From IMG/VR virus record IMGVR_UViG_3300029549_000021: 35,344 nt of DNA; one strand, given 5' to 3'. Source of the DNA: a virus. Below, in pieces: positions 8,896 to 17,073 of the stretch (position 1 is its first letter; every line of letters starts with the position of its first letter). Made by a program: the position numbers and the translations under genes. Below the pieces are notes generated by a model that worked only from the letters and a program-made list of their open reading frames with translations, searched no databases and was not told the origin of the DNA.

Positions 8896-9249
8896 TCAGT
8901 AATGCGTGATAGAAAAAACGGCCTGATATCTGGGCCGTTTGCGGGTGGTGTCCGGGAAACGATAGTCTGTGCTCAGCTCACAGCTGGAAACCTCCGGCAG
9001 CTCTGCAGCATCTTCCATGGCGGCCTTGACCTCCTCGTTGAGCCGGGAGGCATCCAGTGTGCCGTCATGATCGGTGGCGTTTGGGCCATAGGACTGCACG
9101 GCCAGCGTGGCGGCATACAGGCCGTCCTCGTAGCCGGAGCCGGTCTTTTCCAGCACCACGAATCTGTCCGGGACCGGTGTGGGCACCGTCAGGCGGACAG
9201 GCACCGACAACCGCCCGGACAGAAAATTTTGAATCAGTTCTTCGATCAT
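8896..9249 (-). CDS. Tail completion / tail terminator-like protein
   Basis: 117 aa. Size and position (between the neck proteins and the major tail protein) fit. The family call is by synteny only. Confidence 0.5.
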   Translation of the reverse strand: MIEELIQNFLSGRLSVPVRLTVPTPVPDRFVVLEKTGSGYEDGLYAATLAVQSYGPNATDHDGTLDASRLNEEVKAAMEDAAELPEVSSCELSTDYRFPDTTRKRPRYQAVFSITHY

Positions 9250-9566
9250 TTCTTTCTCTGGTAGCTCCTCACCGTGATGACACGCCCATCTTTCAGGCGG
9301 CGCTTGTGCTCGTGCACTGTTGCGCCGCTGCGGCCGCCGGAAACTGCTTTCAGCAGAGTGTTGTTGGCCGAGTTGTCGTCATAGGCCTTGCGGGAAGCGG
9401 TTTCCACCACAGCCACCGCGCGGGTGGGGGCCACATAGGATTCGTAGCCATCGCCGCAGCGGTCCTTCACGGTGTCGGCACGGTCTTTCAGCACCGCCTG
9501 CATTTCAGGGGAGCGCAGCAGCGCCCGGATGCCGGAGCTGTTCAGCTCGATGCGGATCTTACTCAA
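9246..9566 (-). CDS. Neck protein, HK97 gp10-like / head-tail joining
   Basis: 106 aa, with 4-nt overlaps to both neighbours. MSKIRIELNSSGIRALLRSPEMQAVLKDRADTV... resembles neck proteins of SPP1/HK97-type modules. Confidence 0.5.
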   Translation of the reverse strand: MSKIRIELNSSGIRALLRSPEMQAVLKDRADTVKDRCGDGYESYVAPTRAVAVVETASRKAYDDNSANNTLLKAVSGGRSGATVHEHKRRLKDGRVITVRSYQRKK

Positions 9567-9891
9567 ACCGCACCACCTGCACTTTCTTATTCCAACACAG
9601 CGGAATCATGCTCTCAATGCCCTGCGCAACGCCGCCGCAGGTGCGGAAGGCCTGACCGAAAAACTCCACCTTTGCATCCTCCCAGCTGTGGGCATCGCCC
9701 TTTGGGATGGCCAGCGTATAGGCCAGCCGCCGCCCGGTGAGCTGCAGCTCGGTGGTGATCTCCTCGGCAGAGGGCTCACCCACCAGCACGTTGTGCACGG
9801 TGACGGGCGTTTCCTCATAGACGGGGTTGTGGGCGTCGTCCTCGCCGGTCTGGGTCTTGGTGTAGAGAGTGACATTGATTCCTTTCAGCAT
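9559..9891 (-). CDS. Head closure / head-tail adaptor protein
   Basis: 110 aa. Assigned by synteny between the connector and neck genes, plus a typical small beta-rich sequence. Confidence 0.55.
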   Translation of the reverse strand: MLKGINVTLYTKTQTGEDDAHNPVYEETPVTVHNVLVGEPSAEEITTELQLTGRRLAYTLAIPKGDAHSWEDAKVEFFGQAFRTCGGVAQGIESMIPLCWNKKVQVVRFE

Positions 9892-10259
9892 AAATCCTCC
9901 AGAGGGCTGTGTGCCCCGATGCGGCTGCCGACGCCCAGCAGCTTCTTTTCCAACTTAGAAAGATACAGCTCGCCGGAAGAGCCGCCGCTCATCGTCCAGC
10001 TCTGGCTGTAACCCAGCGCCGTGGCGGTGCCCTGCGTGGAGCCCACGGGAAAGGATACACCGCCCCCGCTGTCGCTCTCGCCCAGCTGACGGCGCACCAT
10101 CCGGCAGGAGACCACCCGCTTGGCGTCTTTGCCTGCATCCGGGTTGTAGCTGTCGATGATCACGGCCGCTTCGGCCAGCAGGGCAGCGCACTGTGTCTGT
10201 TCGTCTCGGGACAAGGCGCGAAAACCTGCTTCCACGTCCTGCACTTCAGCGTAAAGCAT
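9885..10259 (-). CDS. Head-tail connector protein (gp6 / Gp15-19-like)
   Basis: 124 aa, immediately after the major capsid gene. MLYAEVQDVEAGFRALSRDEQTQCAALLAEAAVIIDSY... resembles the Phage_Gp19/gp6-like connector family. Confidence 0.55.
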   Translation of the reverse strand: MLYAEVQDVEAGFRALSRDEQTQCAALLAEAAVIIDSYNPDAGKDAKRVVSCRMVRRQLGESDSGGGVSFPVGSTQGTATALGYSQSWTMSGGSSGELYLSKLEKKLLGVGSRIGAHSPLEDLC

Positions 10260-10271
10260 GGCGGCACCTCA

Positions 10272-11138
10272 TCAGATGGCAGCCTCGGTGCGCTTGATGT
10301 ACAGGGTCTGAGGTTTGGAGACTTTCAGACCATACACCTTGCGGCCCTGCACAGCGGATGCACCGATGTACTTGCCGGAGCCGGACAGGTCCTGCAGGTG
10401 CACCGGGGTCTGCCACTCCATGACGCGGTGACACCAGTTGGGGTGTCCGGCGATAAATTCCGTGGTGGTTTTCTTGCTGGCCACACGAGTAGTGGATTCG
10501 TAATCCATATTGTTGGACTCGAACACGTTGAAACCGGCGATACGGCCAATGACGCCCTGCTGCACCAACTCCTGAGACAGGTCGCCCTGCTTGATGAAGT
10601 GCTCATCCAGCATCAAAACCTCCAGATATTCGGGGGATGCAATGAGGAAACGTCCCTCGTTGGGCACGCCCTTACGGCCCAGGACACGCTTTGCCTCCAG
10701 TGCCAGCTTGTAGGCATTGGTCTCGGTTGCGGCAGTCTTGGTAGCGCTGATGGTAGCACCGACAGCACCCTCCAGTGCGTCGATGGACTTTTTATCCACG
10801 GACAGAGCCAGAGAGTAGCCAGCGCTGTCCAGACGGTCGGCCACGATGTCGTCCGGCACGCTTGCGGCATCGTAGCCATCGATCAGCTCGTTTACGGCTT
10901 CATCGTGGTCAATGTTCAGGTCCAGATAAGTGGTGGTGCCGACTTCCGCGTCCACGCCGGTGGCCTTGTTGTACTCCTTGACGGAAACCTCAGTGTCACG
11001 CACCGGGATCTTTACCTTGCCGGAAGTAGGGTCGCCTTCGTAGCGGCTGTTGAAAATGAGATTATCGCGGGTCACCAGAGTGTTGCGCAGCTTTGCGTCA
11101 ACAAGGGAAGCCCATCGCTCCTGATTTGCGTGTGCCAT
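10272..11138 (-). CDS. Major capsid protein
   Basis: Track ORF 10272..11177 trimmed to the ATG at 11138 (GAGAGG SD 6-7 nt upstream), giving 288 aa. Product: MAHANQERWASLVDAKLRNTLVTRDNLIFNSRYEGDPTSGKVKIPV... It follows the scaffold gene. Confidence 0.85.
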   Translation of the reverse strand: MAHANQERWASLVDAKLRNTLVTRDNLIFNSRYEGDPTSGKVKIPVRDTEVSVKEYNKATGVDAEVGTTTYLDLNIDHDEAVNELIDGYDAASVPDDIVADRLDSAGYSLALSVDKKSIDALEGAVGATISATKTAATETNAYKLALEAKRVLGRKGVPNEGRFLIASPEYLEVLMLDEHFIKQGDLSQELVQQGVIGRIAGFNVFESNNMDYESTTRVASKKTTTEFIAGHPNWCHRVMEWQTPVHLQDLSGSGKYIGASAVQGRKVYGLKVSKPQTLYIKRTEAAI

Positions 11139-11173
11139 AAGATGCCTCTCTTTCTCCGTGCAGAGCGCACGGA

Positions 11174-11719
11174 TCAAACTTTCAGATTCGGATTCAGCTT
11201 TGTAAATGCAGCCAGAACGCCGTCCGGCTGACTGGGAACGTGATTCGGGGTCCCGCCGTCTTTGAGGATGGGATATCCGGCAGCCTGACCTTCACCAAAC
11301 GCCCACGGGTTCGCCTTTGCGGCATCGTCCAGCGCCTTTGCAATGTCGGTGCTGCGGTCGGCAGAGCCCTTCAGGGCGTCCAGATCCAGCAAAGCACGCA
11401 CCGCCTTGACGCTGCGGCCCTTCCTGCCCAGGATGGCAGTGTCCAGAGCGTTGTCAAAGGCAAAGCCCTCGGCCTGCGCCTTCATGTCGTTCTGCAGCTG
11501 GGTGACCTTTGCCTGCAGCCCGGCTACATCCACGCCTTCAAAGGCTTTCAGGCCGTCCTGCGCGGTCTTGAGCTGGGCGTTTGCGTTATCCAGCTGGGTC
11601 TGCAGGGCCGTGGCGGCAGACTTCTCCCGGTTGATGTCTGCGCCGTTCTCCTGCATGATCCAGTTGAGCTGCTCGTCGGTGATGCCGGGGATCTTGTTCT
11701 TCACGTCTTCACGCTTCAT
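11174..11719 (-). CDS. Scaffolding protein (phage GP20-like minor structural/scaffold family)
   Basis: 181 aa. MKREDVKNKIPGITDEQLNWIMQENGADINREKSAATALQTQLDNANAQLKTAQDGLKAFEG is the typical GP20 scaffold N-terminus with a coiled coil. It sits directly upstream of the capsid gene. Confidence 0.8.
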   Translation of the reverse strand: MKREDVKNKIPGITDEQLNWIMQENGADINREKSAATALQTQLDNANAQLKTAQDGLKAFEGVDVAGLQAKVTQLQNDMKAQAEGFAFDNALDTAILGRKGRSVKAVRALLDLDALKGSADRSTDIAKALDDAAKANPWAFGEGQAAGYPILKDGGTPNHVPSQPDGVLAAFTKLNPNLKV

Positions 11720-11812
11720 GGTGGAAACTCCTTTCGTGTGTGAGACCTCAGTTTTTTACACTGTTCTCTGTCAGTGATCCGGTCGTGGGCGGGATACGCG
11801 CCGCCCGCCGTA

Positions 11813-11889
11813 TGGCACCGTTTGCAGGGCTCGAACCTGCCGCTTCCGGTTTTGGAGACCGGTACTCTTCCAACATGAGCTAAAACGGC
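11813..11889 (-). tRNA. trnW: tRNA-Trp (anticodon CCA), 77 nt with encoded CCA end
   Basis: Folded by hand from the minus strand: GCCGTTT TA GCTC ATGTTGGAA GAGT A CCGGT CTCCAAA ACCGG AAGCG GCAGG TTCGAGC CCTGC AAACGGT G CCA. All four stems pair (G1:U72 and G10:U25 are wobbles). U33, A37, GG in the D-loop, the TTCGA T-loop and discriminator G73 are present. The anticodon arm is identical to that of E. coli tRNA-Trp as I remember it. Confidence 0.9.
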
Positions 11890-11969
11890 ATAAAAAAGCA
11901 CGGTGCAAAACTGCATCGTGCTTAAAAGTGGGCAAAAGAAAACCACGGTGCATGTGCATCGTGGTTCAA

Positions 11970-12128
11970 TTACTGTTCCTGTTCCCAGGCCCAGTTTTTA
12001 AATTTATGATACGCTTTCAACGCTTCCTCAGGAACAGCAGAAAAGTCTTTTTCAAGAATCGCTGTACGGTAAGGATCAAACGTATCGACTAACTTTTGAA
12101 TTTCCGGGGGATAACCCAATATACACAT
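11970..12128 (-). CDS. Small hypothetical protein (52 aa), translationally coupled to the MuF-HExxH gene; candidate immunity/partner protein
   Basis: Not in the track (under 60 aa). The junction TAACATG links the MuF stop (12130..12132) to the ATG at 12128, and GGAGG lies 8 nt upstream inside the MuF 3' end. Product: MCILGYPPEIQKLVDTFDPYRTAILEKDFSAVPEEALKAYHKFKNWAWEQEQ. The segment is visibly AT-richer than its flanks. Confidence 0.45.
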   Translation of the reverse strand: MCILGYPPEIQKLVDTFDPYRTAILEKDFSAVPEEALKAYHKFKNWAWEQEQ

Positions 12129-12129
12129 G

Positions 12130-13410
12130 TTACGTTCGCCTCCTTAACGACATAAATTCCGCCTCGACTTCATCAAAGCGGTCGCCTAAATACATATCAG
12201 CAGCATATTTGCTGATTTCTCCTACATTATCGCGCGTAATGCCAAGTTTGTCAATGCGTTCCCTGCACTTTTTGCACAGAGCATCGAGATACTCCCCGCG
12301 ATTTTCGCGGGTGATCGTCCAGCCGGATTGCCGGAAATCCTCTGCCTGCTTCATGTGCCACATTTCATGAGCTTCAACGGCACCAGCACCGCCGGATGCT
12401 TCCTGCACTGCCTTCTTGCCGATGCTTTCAGCGTAGTAAACGATATTCTCGCAGGGGTCATAGACGCCCACTGCACCGCGCAATTCGTCATCACTGACGA
12501 TCACGATTTTAGGCTTGCGGTCAATGCTTACGCCCCAGTCGGTCAATGCGTGCTCAGTGTTCTGGTTGACCTCATGCAGTGCCTTGGGCTTGATAGACGC
12601 TTTATCTGAAACAAAAACCGGCGTTTTGTAAGATTCGACCTGCTTCACAGAGATTTCAACAGCTTCCGTTCTGCGGGTCAGTGTGATCTTACTTGCTGCA
12701 CCCAGATCCTTGCGGTATGCCTGCGCTGCATACGCCGCCCTCTTTTGTGCATTGATGCGCTCCCGGTTGGCGGCGTAATCAATGCGGCGCATTTTGTTGA
12801 TGTCGCCGCCCGCCTCACGATACTGCCGGTAATACTTGTCCGGATCGTACCCGGCAACTGTGGTGCGGTGGTCGAACCGGATGGTAAACTCACAGTCACA
12901 ATGGGCGTGGATATGCTCCGCGTGCCCGCCCTTCAGCAGTTTCTGGCTGGCCTTCTGCCAACCATTGGACGCCAGCGTAATGCAGAAGGGGCAGGTGTCA
13001 CCATGGGGCACCCATGCCCATTCCGCGCCGTCGCGAATGGCGTTTTTCAGGGTGGTGTCCGCACCGGCACGCTTGACAAGGCGGCTGACGCCGTTTGGCA
13101 GGTTGGCGGGGTTCTGGTCCTTGGTAGCGCTCACCATGCGGGCCACCTCGCCATAGCTGGCGGTAGCGGTAGGCTCTGCGGCGGGCACATACACGCCCTG
13201 CGCCTCGGCCAGTGCTTCATACATCTGGCAGGCCAGCTCTGCGCTGCCTTCACTGTACTTGGTCACCAGCCCGTAGGCGTAGGCCACAAGGCCGTCAGTG
13301 TCGGCGGTGCCGTGGGCGTCTATGTATTCCCGCATGAGCTGCCAGGCTTTCTGGTTCAGCCGGGACAGCCGGGTGATGTACTCATTCCACGTTTTCGCTG
13401 AGATCTGCAT
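12130..13410 (-). CDS. Head morphogenesis / minor capsid protein (SPP1 gp7 / MuF family) fused to a C-terminal HExxH metallopeptidase-like domain
   Basis: 426 aa. The N-terminal half carries the MuF-type signature VPHGDTCPFCITLASNGWQ...HAEHIHAHCDCEF, and the gene follows the portal gene. The C-terminal ~190 aa contain IVIVSDDELRGAVGVYDPCENIVYYAE...GAVEAHEMWHMKQAEDF (HExxH, ImmA/IrrE- or SprT-like context). Confidence 0.75.
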   Translation of the reverse strand: MQISAKTWNEYITRLSRLNQKAWQLMREYIDAHGTADTDGLVAYAYGLVTKYSEGSAELACQMYEALAEAQGVYVPAAEPTATASYGEVARMVSATKDQNPANLPNGVSRLVKRAGADTTLKNAIRDGAEWAWVPHGDTCPFCITLASNGWQKASQKLLKGGHAEHIHAHCDCEFTIRFDHRTTVAGYDPDKYYRQYREAGGDINKMRRIDYAANRERINAQKRAAYAAQAYRKDLGAASKITLTRRTEAVEISVKQVESYKTPVFVSDKASIKPKALHEVNQNTEHALTDWGVSIDRKPKIVIVSDDELRGAVGVYDPCENIVYYAESIGKKAVQEASGGAGAVEAHEMWHMKQAEDFRQSGWTITRENRGEYLDALCKKCRERIDKLGITRDNVGEISKYAADMYLGDRFDEVEAEFMSLRRRT

Positions 13411-14791
13411 TTTCCATCTCCATCAGCAGCTTCTGACCGCGCGCCCGCTGCTCCTGCGCCTTGATGCGCCGGATGTCCGCCTGATCGAAGCCGATCATTT
13501 CCAGAAAGGTATCCGTCCCGGCAAACTCCTGCCGGGCAGATGCGATCTTGATAGCGGCATCTGCCGTCACGGCCACGCTGGGCATGGCCGGATTTCTAAA
13601 GTGCGCCATGATACCGGTTTCTTCTTCGGTCAGATCAGAAAGCTCACAGCCCCGTGCCACGGCCTGCGCCATGCAGGCAATGGTGCGCAGGGCGTCGCCG
13701 TTGCCGGTGTTCAGCTGCTGGGCCAGCAGCACCAGCGTCTGGCTCTGAGCAAGGATGGCATCGCTGCTGGTGGGGTTGGCGTCGTTCACCACGCCCACGT
13801 CGGTGACAGTCAGGCCGGTGGCCGCTGCAAACTGGGTGGCCGTCATGCGCATCTTCTCCACATGGGGCTGCAGGCTGCCCTGCGCCAGCTGGCCGAACTC
13901 CGGGTTTTCGCCGGTCTCCGGGTTGGAGGTGGCTGCGATGATTGCGCCGACATACTGTTTAAACTTATCGGCAGTGATAGCATCGTACTGTTCATCCGTC
14001 ACACCGAGAATGTATTTCTGCGGGGTGGTGTCGAACTCCAGCGCAATGGTAGCGTTGGCGGCTGTACGCACATAATCATCGATCAATGCCCGGATGGGGC
14101 GTTTCAGGCGGCTGCGGCCAAAGGGTTTATTGTTGGTCGCATTCCAGATCAGCGGTTCCATCAACGGACGCTTCATCTGGTTCGGATATCGCTTTGCCGT
14201 CCAGATGCCGCCTTCCAGGCTTAACACAATGGTTGCATCGTCAGTGTAAAAGTTCACAAGGGATGGATTCCAGACATCAGCAACAGATTCATCCTGTGCA
14301 GTGTCGATGATGGAAAACCCATAGTCGATGCGACCTTTCTCACCATTCCAGCAGGCAGCTGCGGTGGCAGGAGAATTAAAACGGATGCGGCAGCCGATGT
14401 CCGAATCCTTGGAAAGGGTGGCAAACACGCAGCCGTACTTCAGCTCGTCCCTGCAGGCCTTGGCGTACTCGGCCACAAGGCGGTTATCCTTTACCAGCCG
14501 GGCAAGGCTGTCCAGATTGCCACCGCTGCCCACAAAGCCGTCAAACATGGAGCGTGTGGCCAATGCATCCACGGCTTTCTGTCCCCAGCTGCAGCCTACT
14601 TCCAGTTTGCTCAATCCTTTCGGCAAAGCGATACCAAGGCTGACATCCTGCAGTGTGATATGACCTTCGTAGTATTTGTCCTTGATAACATTGTTGCCCT
14701 GGTGGGTGTTATAAATATTGGTCAATTCCTGCAGCTGTGCCAGTTCTTCCGGTGTCAGGCCGTCCACACGGCCAAAATTCAAAATCTGCAT
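13382..14791 (-). CDS. Portal protein (SPP1 Gp6-like)
   Basis: 469 aa between TerL and MuF. The N-terminus, ...NIYNTHQGNNVIKDKYYEGHITLQDV...SWGQKAVDALATRSMFDGF, is typical of SPP1-type portals. Confidence 0.85.
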   Translation of the reverse strand: MQILNFGRVDGLTPEELAQLQELTNIYNTHQGNNVIKDKYYEGHITLQDVSLGIALPKGLSKLEVGCSWGQKAVDALATRSMFDGFVGSGGNLDSLARLVKDNRLVAEYAKACRDELKYGCVFATLSKDSDIGCRIRFNSPATAAACWNGEKGRIDYGFSIIDTAQDESVADVWNPSLVNFYTDDATIVLSLEGGIWTAKRYPNQMKRPLMEPLIWNATNNKPFGRSRLKRPIRALIDDYVRTAANATIALEFDTTPQKYILGVTDEQYDAITADKFKQYVGAIIAATSNPETGENPEFGQLAQGSLQPHVEKMRMTATQFAAATGLTVTDVGVVNDANPTSSDAILAQSQTLVLLAQQLNTGNGDALRTIACMAQAVARGCELSDLTEEETGIMAHFRNPAMPSVAVTADAAIKIASARQEFAGTDTFLEMIGFDQADIRRIKAQEQRARGQKLLMEMENADLSENVE

Positions 14792-14801
14792 GATGCTCCT
14801 T

Positions 14802-16202
14802 TCAGCCGATCTTCATTTTGCGGGTAGGGTCGCGACGGCTGGTCTTTGCGCCCCAGAGCGCCAGCGCGCAGGCTTCCACCGGCAGGCTGTTGTCTCCGCC
14901 AAAGCCGAAGCCGCCCGCGATGGGCCGTTTGACGGCGGTGACAGCGCTTTCGTCCAGCACCGTCTGAGGCTTATACCATGTCAGGGTGCCCTCGCTGATG
15001 CTATTGGTAAAGCCGCTGACGGCGGCGATCACGTCCTTTGCGGATGGCCGGATCACCGAGTTCTTTGCCCGCCATGTGTCCTTGATGCGTTCCACCAGCA
15101 CATCCACGCCGTTGCGGCCGTCAATGACCACACAGCTGGCCTTGCCGTACCGGTCGTTCAGCCAGTCGGCCAGCCATGTCAGGCCCTGACCGGATGGGCG
15201 CATCTCCAGCAGCGACACCCGCGCGGGGCCTTCTTTCGGGATCACCGCGCCGCACAGGCACACGGCGCTGCCGTCGGCGGAAAACTTGACGCCATAAGCA
15301 GTTTTGCCTTCGGGCTTTTCGTCCTCGCTGGCGCAGGCTTCCCATGCGGTGCGGTCGATGGCATAGTCCAGATGCTCCGTGATCTCCGGGCTCCACCAGC
15401 CCAGCCGCTCCCGCGCAAAGGTGTCCGGGTCCAGCTGTTCGGCTTCGCCCTCAATGGTGGAGAACTGGATGCGCCGCCCCAATGCCGGGTTTGTGGCTGC
15501 CCAGCGTGCCGGGTCCTTCACATCGCCGATCTCCGGCACCGAGAACTCGAACCATGCGGCCTTTTTCGCTTCGCCGTCCAGTGCACGTTTGCGCAGGGCG
15601 TGGAACACAGTACCCACGGCATCCGGGCCGGGTGGCGTGCCCACGTAGATGGTCTGTGGGTTCAGGCTGGCGGAAATGGCGGGCAGAAAAGACCCCTGCG
15701 CGGTCTCGTCCAGCTCCTGTGCCTCGTCAAAGATCAGCAGGTCGCCGTGCTGGCCGCGTCCGCCGTTGCGGGTGCGGGCCAGAAACTTGATGCGGGCACC
15801 GCTTTTCAGGATGATCTGCTCCCGACCAAGTGCAGTCTTGATCTCAGCTACATGGCGGCGCAGCTTCGGGCTTTCAAAAAATGCCCGCATTTCCTCAAAG
15901 GTCTCGGTGGCGGTCTTCTGCAGGTGGGCGGTGTAAATGACTGTCTCATTGAACAGCAGCATCCCGGCTTCGGAGCGTCCCTGCACCAGCAGACTCTTGC
16001 CGTTCTGGCGGGGGACACTGCCGCCCGCCGTGGGCGCTGCCCATTTGCCGGACACTGTGCGGCTCATCCAGTCGTCCAGAATATCGCTCTGCCACGGATC
16101 CAGCACCGTGCCGCCTGCCCGCAGGATGCGCACGGCATCCTGCCCGTCAGTCGCCGGATACTCCGGTGCGATACGTGCGGACGGCTCCTGACTTCCCATC
16201 AT
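14802..16202 (-). CDS. terL: Terminase large subunit
   Basis: Track ORF 14802..16268. Walker A-like VPRQNGKS and Walker B LLIFDEAQEL are followed by a nuclease half. The start is uncertain: I chose the ATGATG at 16202, which overlaps the terS 3' end, and 16268 is an alternative. Confidence 0.85.
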   Translation of the reverse strand: MMGSQEPSARIAPEYPATDGQDAVRILRAGGTVLDPWQSDILDDWMSRTVSGKWAAPTAGGSVPRQNGKSLLVQGRSEAGMLLFNETVIYTAHLQKTATETFEEMRAFFESPKLRRHVAEIKTALGREQIILKSGARIKFLARTRNGGRGQHGDLLIFDEAQELDETAQGSFLPAISASLNPQTIYVGTPPGPDAVGTVFHALRKRALDGEAKKAAWFEFSVPEIGDVKDPARWAATNPALGRRIQFSTIEGEAEQLDPDTFARERLGWWSPEITEHLDYAIDRTAWEACASEDEKPEGKTAYGVKFSADGSAVCLCGAVIPKEGPARVSLLEMRPSGQGLTWLADWLNDRYGKASCVVIDGRNGVDVLVERIKDTWRAKNSVIRPSAKDVIAAVSGFTNSISEGTLTWYKPQTVLDESAVTAVKRPIAGGFGFGGDNSLPVEACALALWGAKTSRRDPTRKMKIG

Positions 16203-16419
16203 GCTCTCGCTGCGCGAGGATCGCGCCGATCTCGTCCGTGTCATCCTTTGCTCCTTCAATCTCTTCAATTTCCCGGATGGTCTCCCGGTATTGTTTGGTC
16301 AGCTGGGGTAGGGCCCGGCAGTCCTTGCAGGCATCAATGCCGGTTGCCAGCACCTTTGCCAGCTGCTTGAGCTGCTCCAGCCGGGTGCCCCGGGCCGTGA
16401 TGCTTTTCATGGTCGCCAT
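16147..16419 (-). CDS. terS: Terminase small subunit (candidate, 90 aa)
   Basis: Position between the HNH endonuclease and TerL. Product: MATMKSITARGTRLEQLKQLAKVLATGIDACKD...QYRETIREIEEIEG, helical with an acidic tail, typical of small terminases in HNH-associated cos packaging modules. Assignment rests mostly on synteny. Confidence 0.6.
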   Translation of the reverse strand: MATMKSITARGTRLEQLKQLAKVLATGIDACKDCRALPQLTKQYRETIREIEEIEGAKDDTDEIGAILAQREHDGKSGAVRTYRTGVSGD

Positions 16420-16486
16420 GGGCCAGAAACACCCCTTTCAAATTTTCCCTGTGTGTAAATCGGCGCTGACGGCACTGGGGGTCGCC

Positions 16487-16518
16487 GAGGGCGAGGGAGG
16501 GGTACCCTCCCCACCCTC
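16487..16518. repeat. G/C-tract imperfect palindrome between the HNH and terS genes (candidate cos or packaging-recognition region)
   Basis: GAGGGcGAGGGAGGGgtaCCCTCCCcaCCCTC, centred on GGTACC. It overlaps the HNH stop, about 70 nt upstream of the terS ATG. Confidence 0.3.
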
Positions 16519-16864
16519 ACCAGCTGCCGTCTGAAACGTGCGGAATCCGCACGATTTTAGCCTGTTTTGGGCCGTTTTCGGCGGTTTTGTTGCCTTTCTG
16601 TGCATTGCAGAACCAATGTGCAGCCTGTAGGTTCGACCAATCTTCCGCAGCGGCCCGCGCGGACGGGTAGCCGAACTGTCTCCACTTGGACACAGGCTTG
16701 ATCTCGTCCACTACAAAAGACAAAGGATGCTGTGCATCAGAAGGCTCATCATAATGGATCGGCCCGAAACGCCCATGACAGATGCCGCACTCGCAGCCCA
16801 TTGCACGCAGCCGCGCACGGTGCTTGCGCCGCAGCTGGCCGTTGGCATAGCGCGGATTGCCCAT
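16517..16864 (-). CDS. HNH endonuclease (packaging-associated)
   Basis: Track ORF 16517..17101 trimmed to the ATG at 16864 (GGAGG 8 nt upstream), giving 115 aa. Product: MGNPRYANGQLRRKHRARLRAMGCECGICHG...VVDEIKPVSKW...NLQAAHWFCNAQKGNK. It has CxxC plus an HNH-type core. The longer version would read through three terminators. Confidence 0.8.
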   Translation of the reverse strand: MGNPRYANGQLRRKHRARLRAMGCECGICHGRFGPIHYDEPSDAQHPLSFVVDEIKPVSKWRQFGYPSARAAAEDWSNLQAAHWFCNAQKGNKTAENGPKQAKIVRIPHVSDGSW

Positions 16865-16895
16865 ACTGCACACCTCCTGCTTCATGGTCTGGCTG

Positions 16896-16927
16896 TAAAA
16901 GAAAAGCCCGCACAGATTTGTGCAGGC
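16896..16927 (-). terminator. Intrinsic terminator T3 of the late-operon leader (minus strand)
   Basis: Minus strand: GCCTGCACA aatc TGTGCGGGC TTTTCTTTTAC. It has a 9-bp stem (one G:U) and a 4-nt loop, and lies about 30 nt upstream of the HNH start. Confidence 0.7.
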
Positions 16928-17000
16928 TGGATGCTTCCCATGTCTCTCCGGTATAGCCCGGGGCCTTTTCAGGGGTGGGGTATCTGCAGGAAGGGCAGGG

Positions 17001-17038
17001 TATAAAAAGACCCCGGGGGTGCTTTGCAGACCCGGGGT
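17001..17038 (-). terminator. Intrinsic terminator T2 of the late-operon leader (minus strand)
   Basis: Minus strand: ACCCCGGG tctgcaaagcacc CCCGGGGT CTTTTTATA. Confidence 0.65.
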
Positions 17039-17041
17039 ATC

Positions 17042-17073
17042 AAAAAAGCCGCCCGGAAGATCCGAACGGCGGG
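17042..17073 (-). terminator. Intrinsic terminator T1 of the late-operon leader (minus strand)
   Basis: Minus strand: CCGCC gtt CGGA tct TCCG GGCGG CTTTTTTG. The stem is 9 bp with a 3-nt bulge, followed by a U6 run. Confidence 0.65.

Noticed and set aside
11813-11889. The idea that the phage tRNA is a suppressor (stop-codon recoding, for example TGA to Trp or TAG readthrough).
   Set aside because: - The anticodon loop reads CU-CCA-AA, so the anticodon is the standard CCA for UGG.
- All genes in the window terminate normally with TAA, TGA or TAG under the standard code.
11716-11959. Track ORFs 11716..11946 and 11771..11959 on the minus strand.
   Set aside because: They run straight through the tRNA-Trp gene (11813..11889) and its flanks. 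The tRNA fold explains the sequence and the peptides look random.
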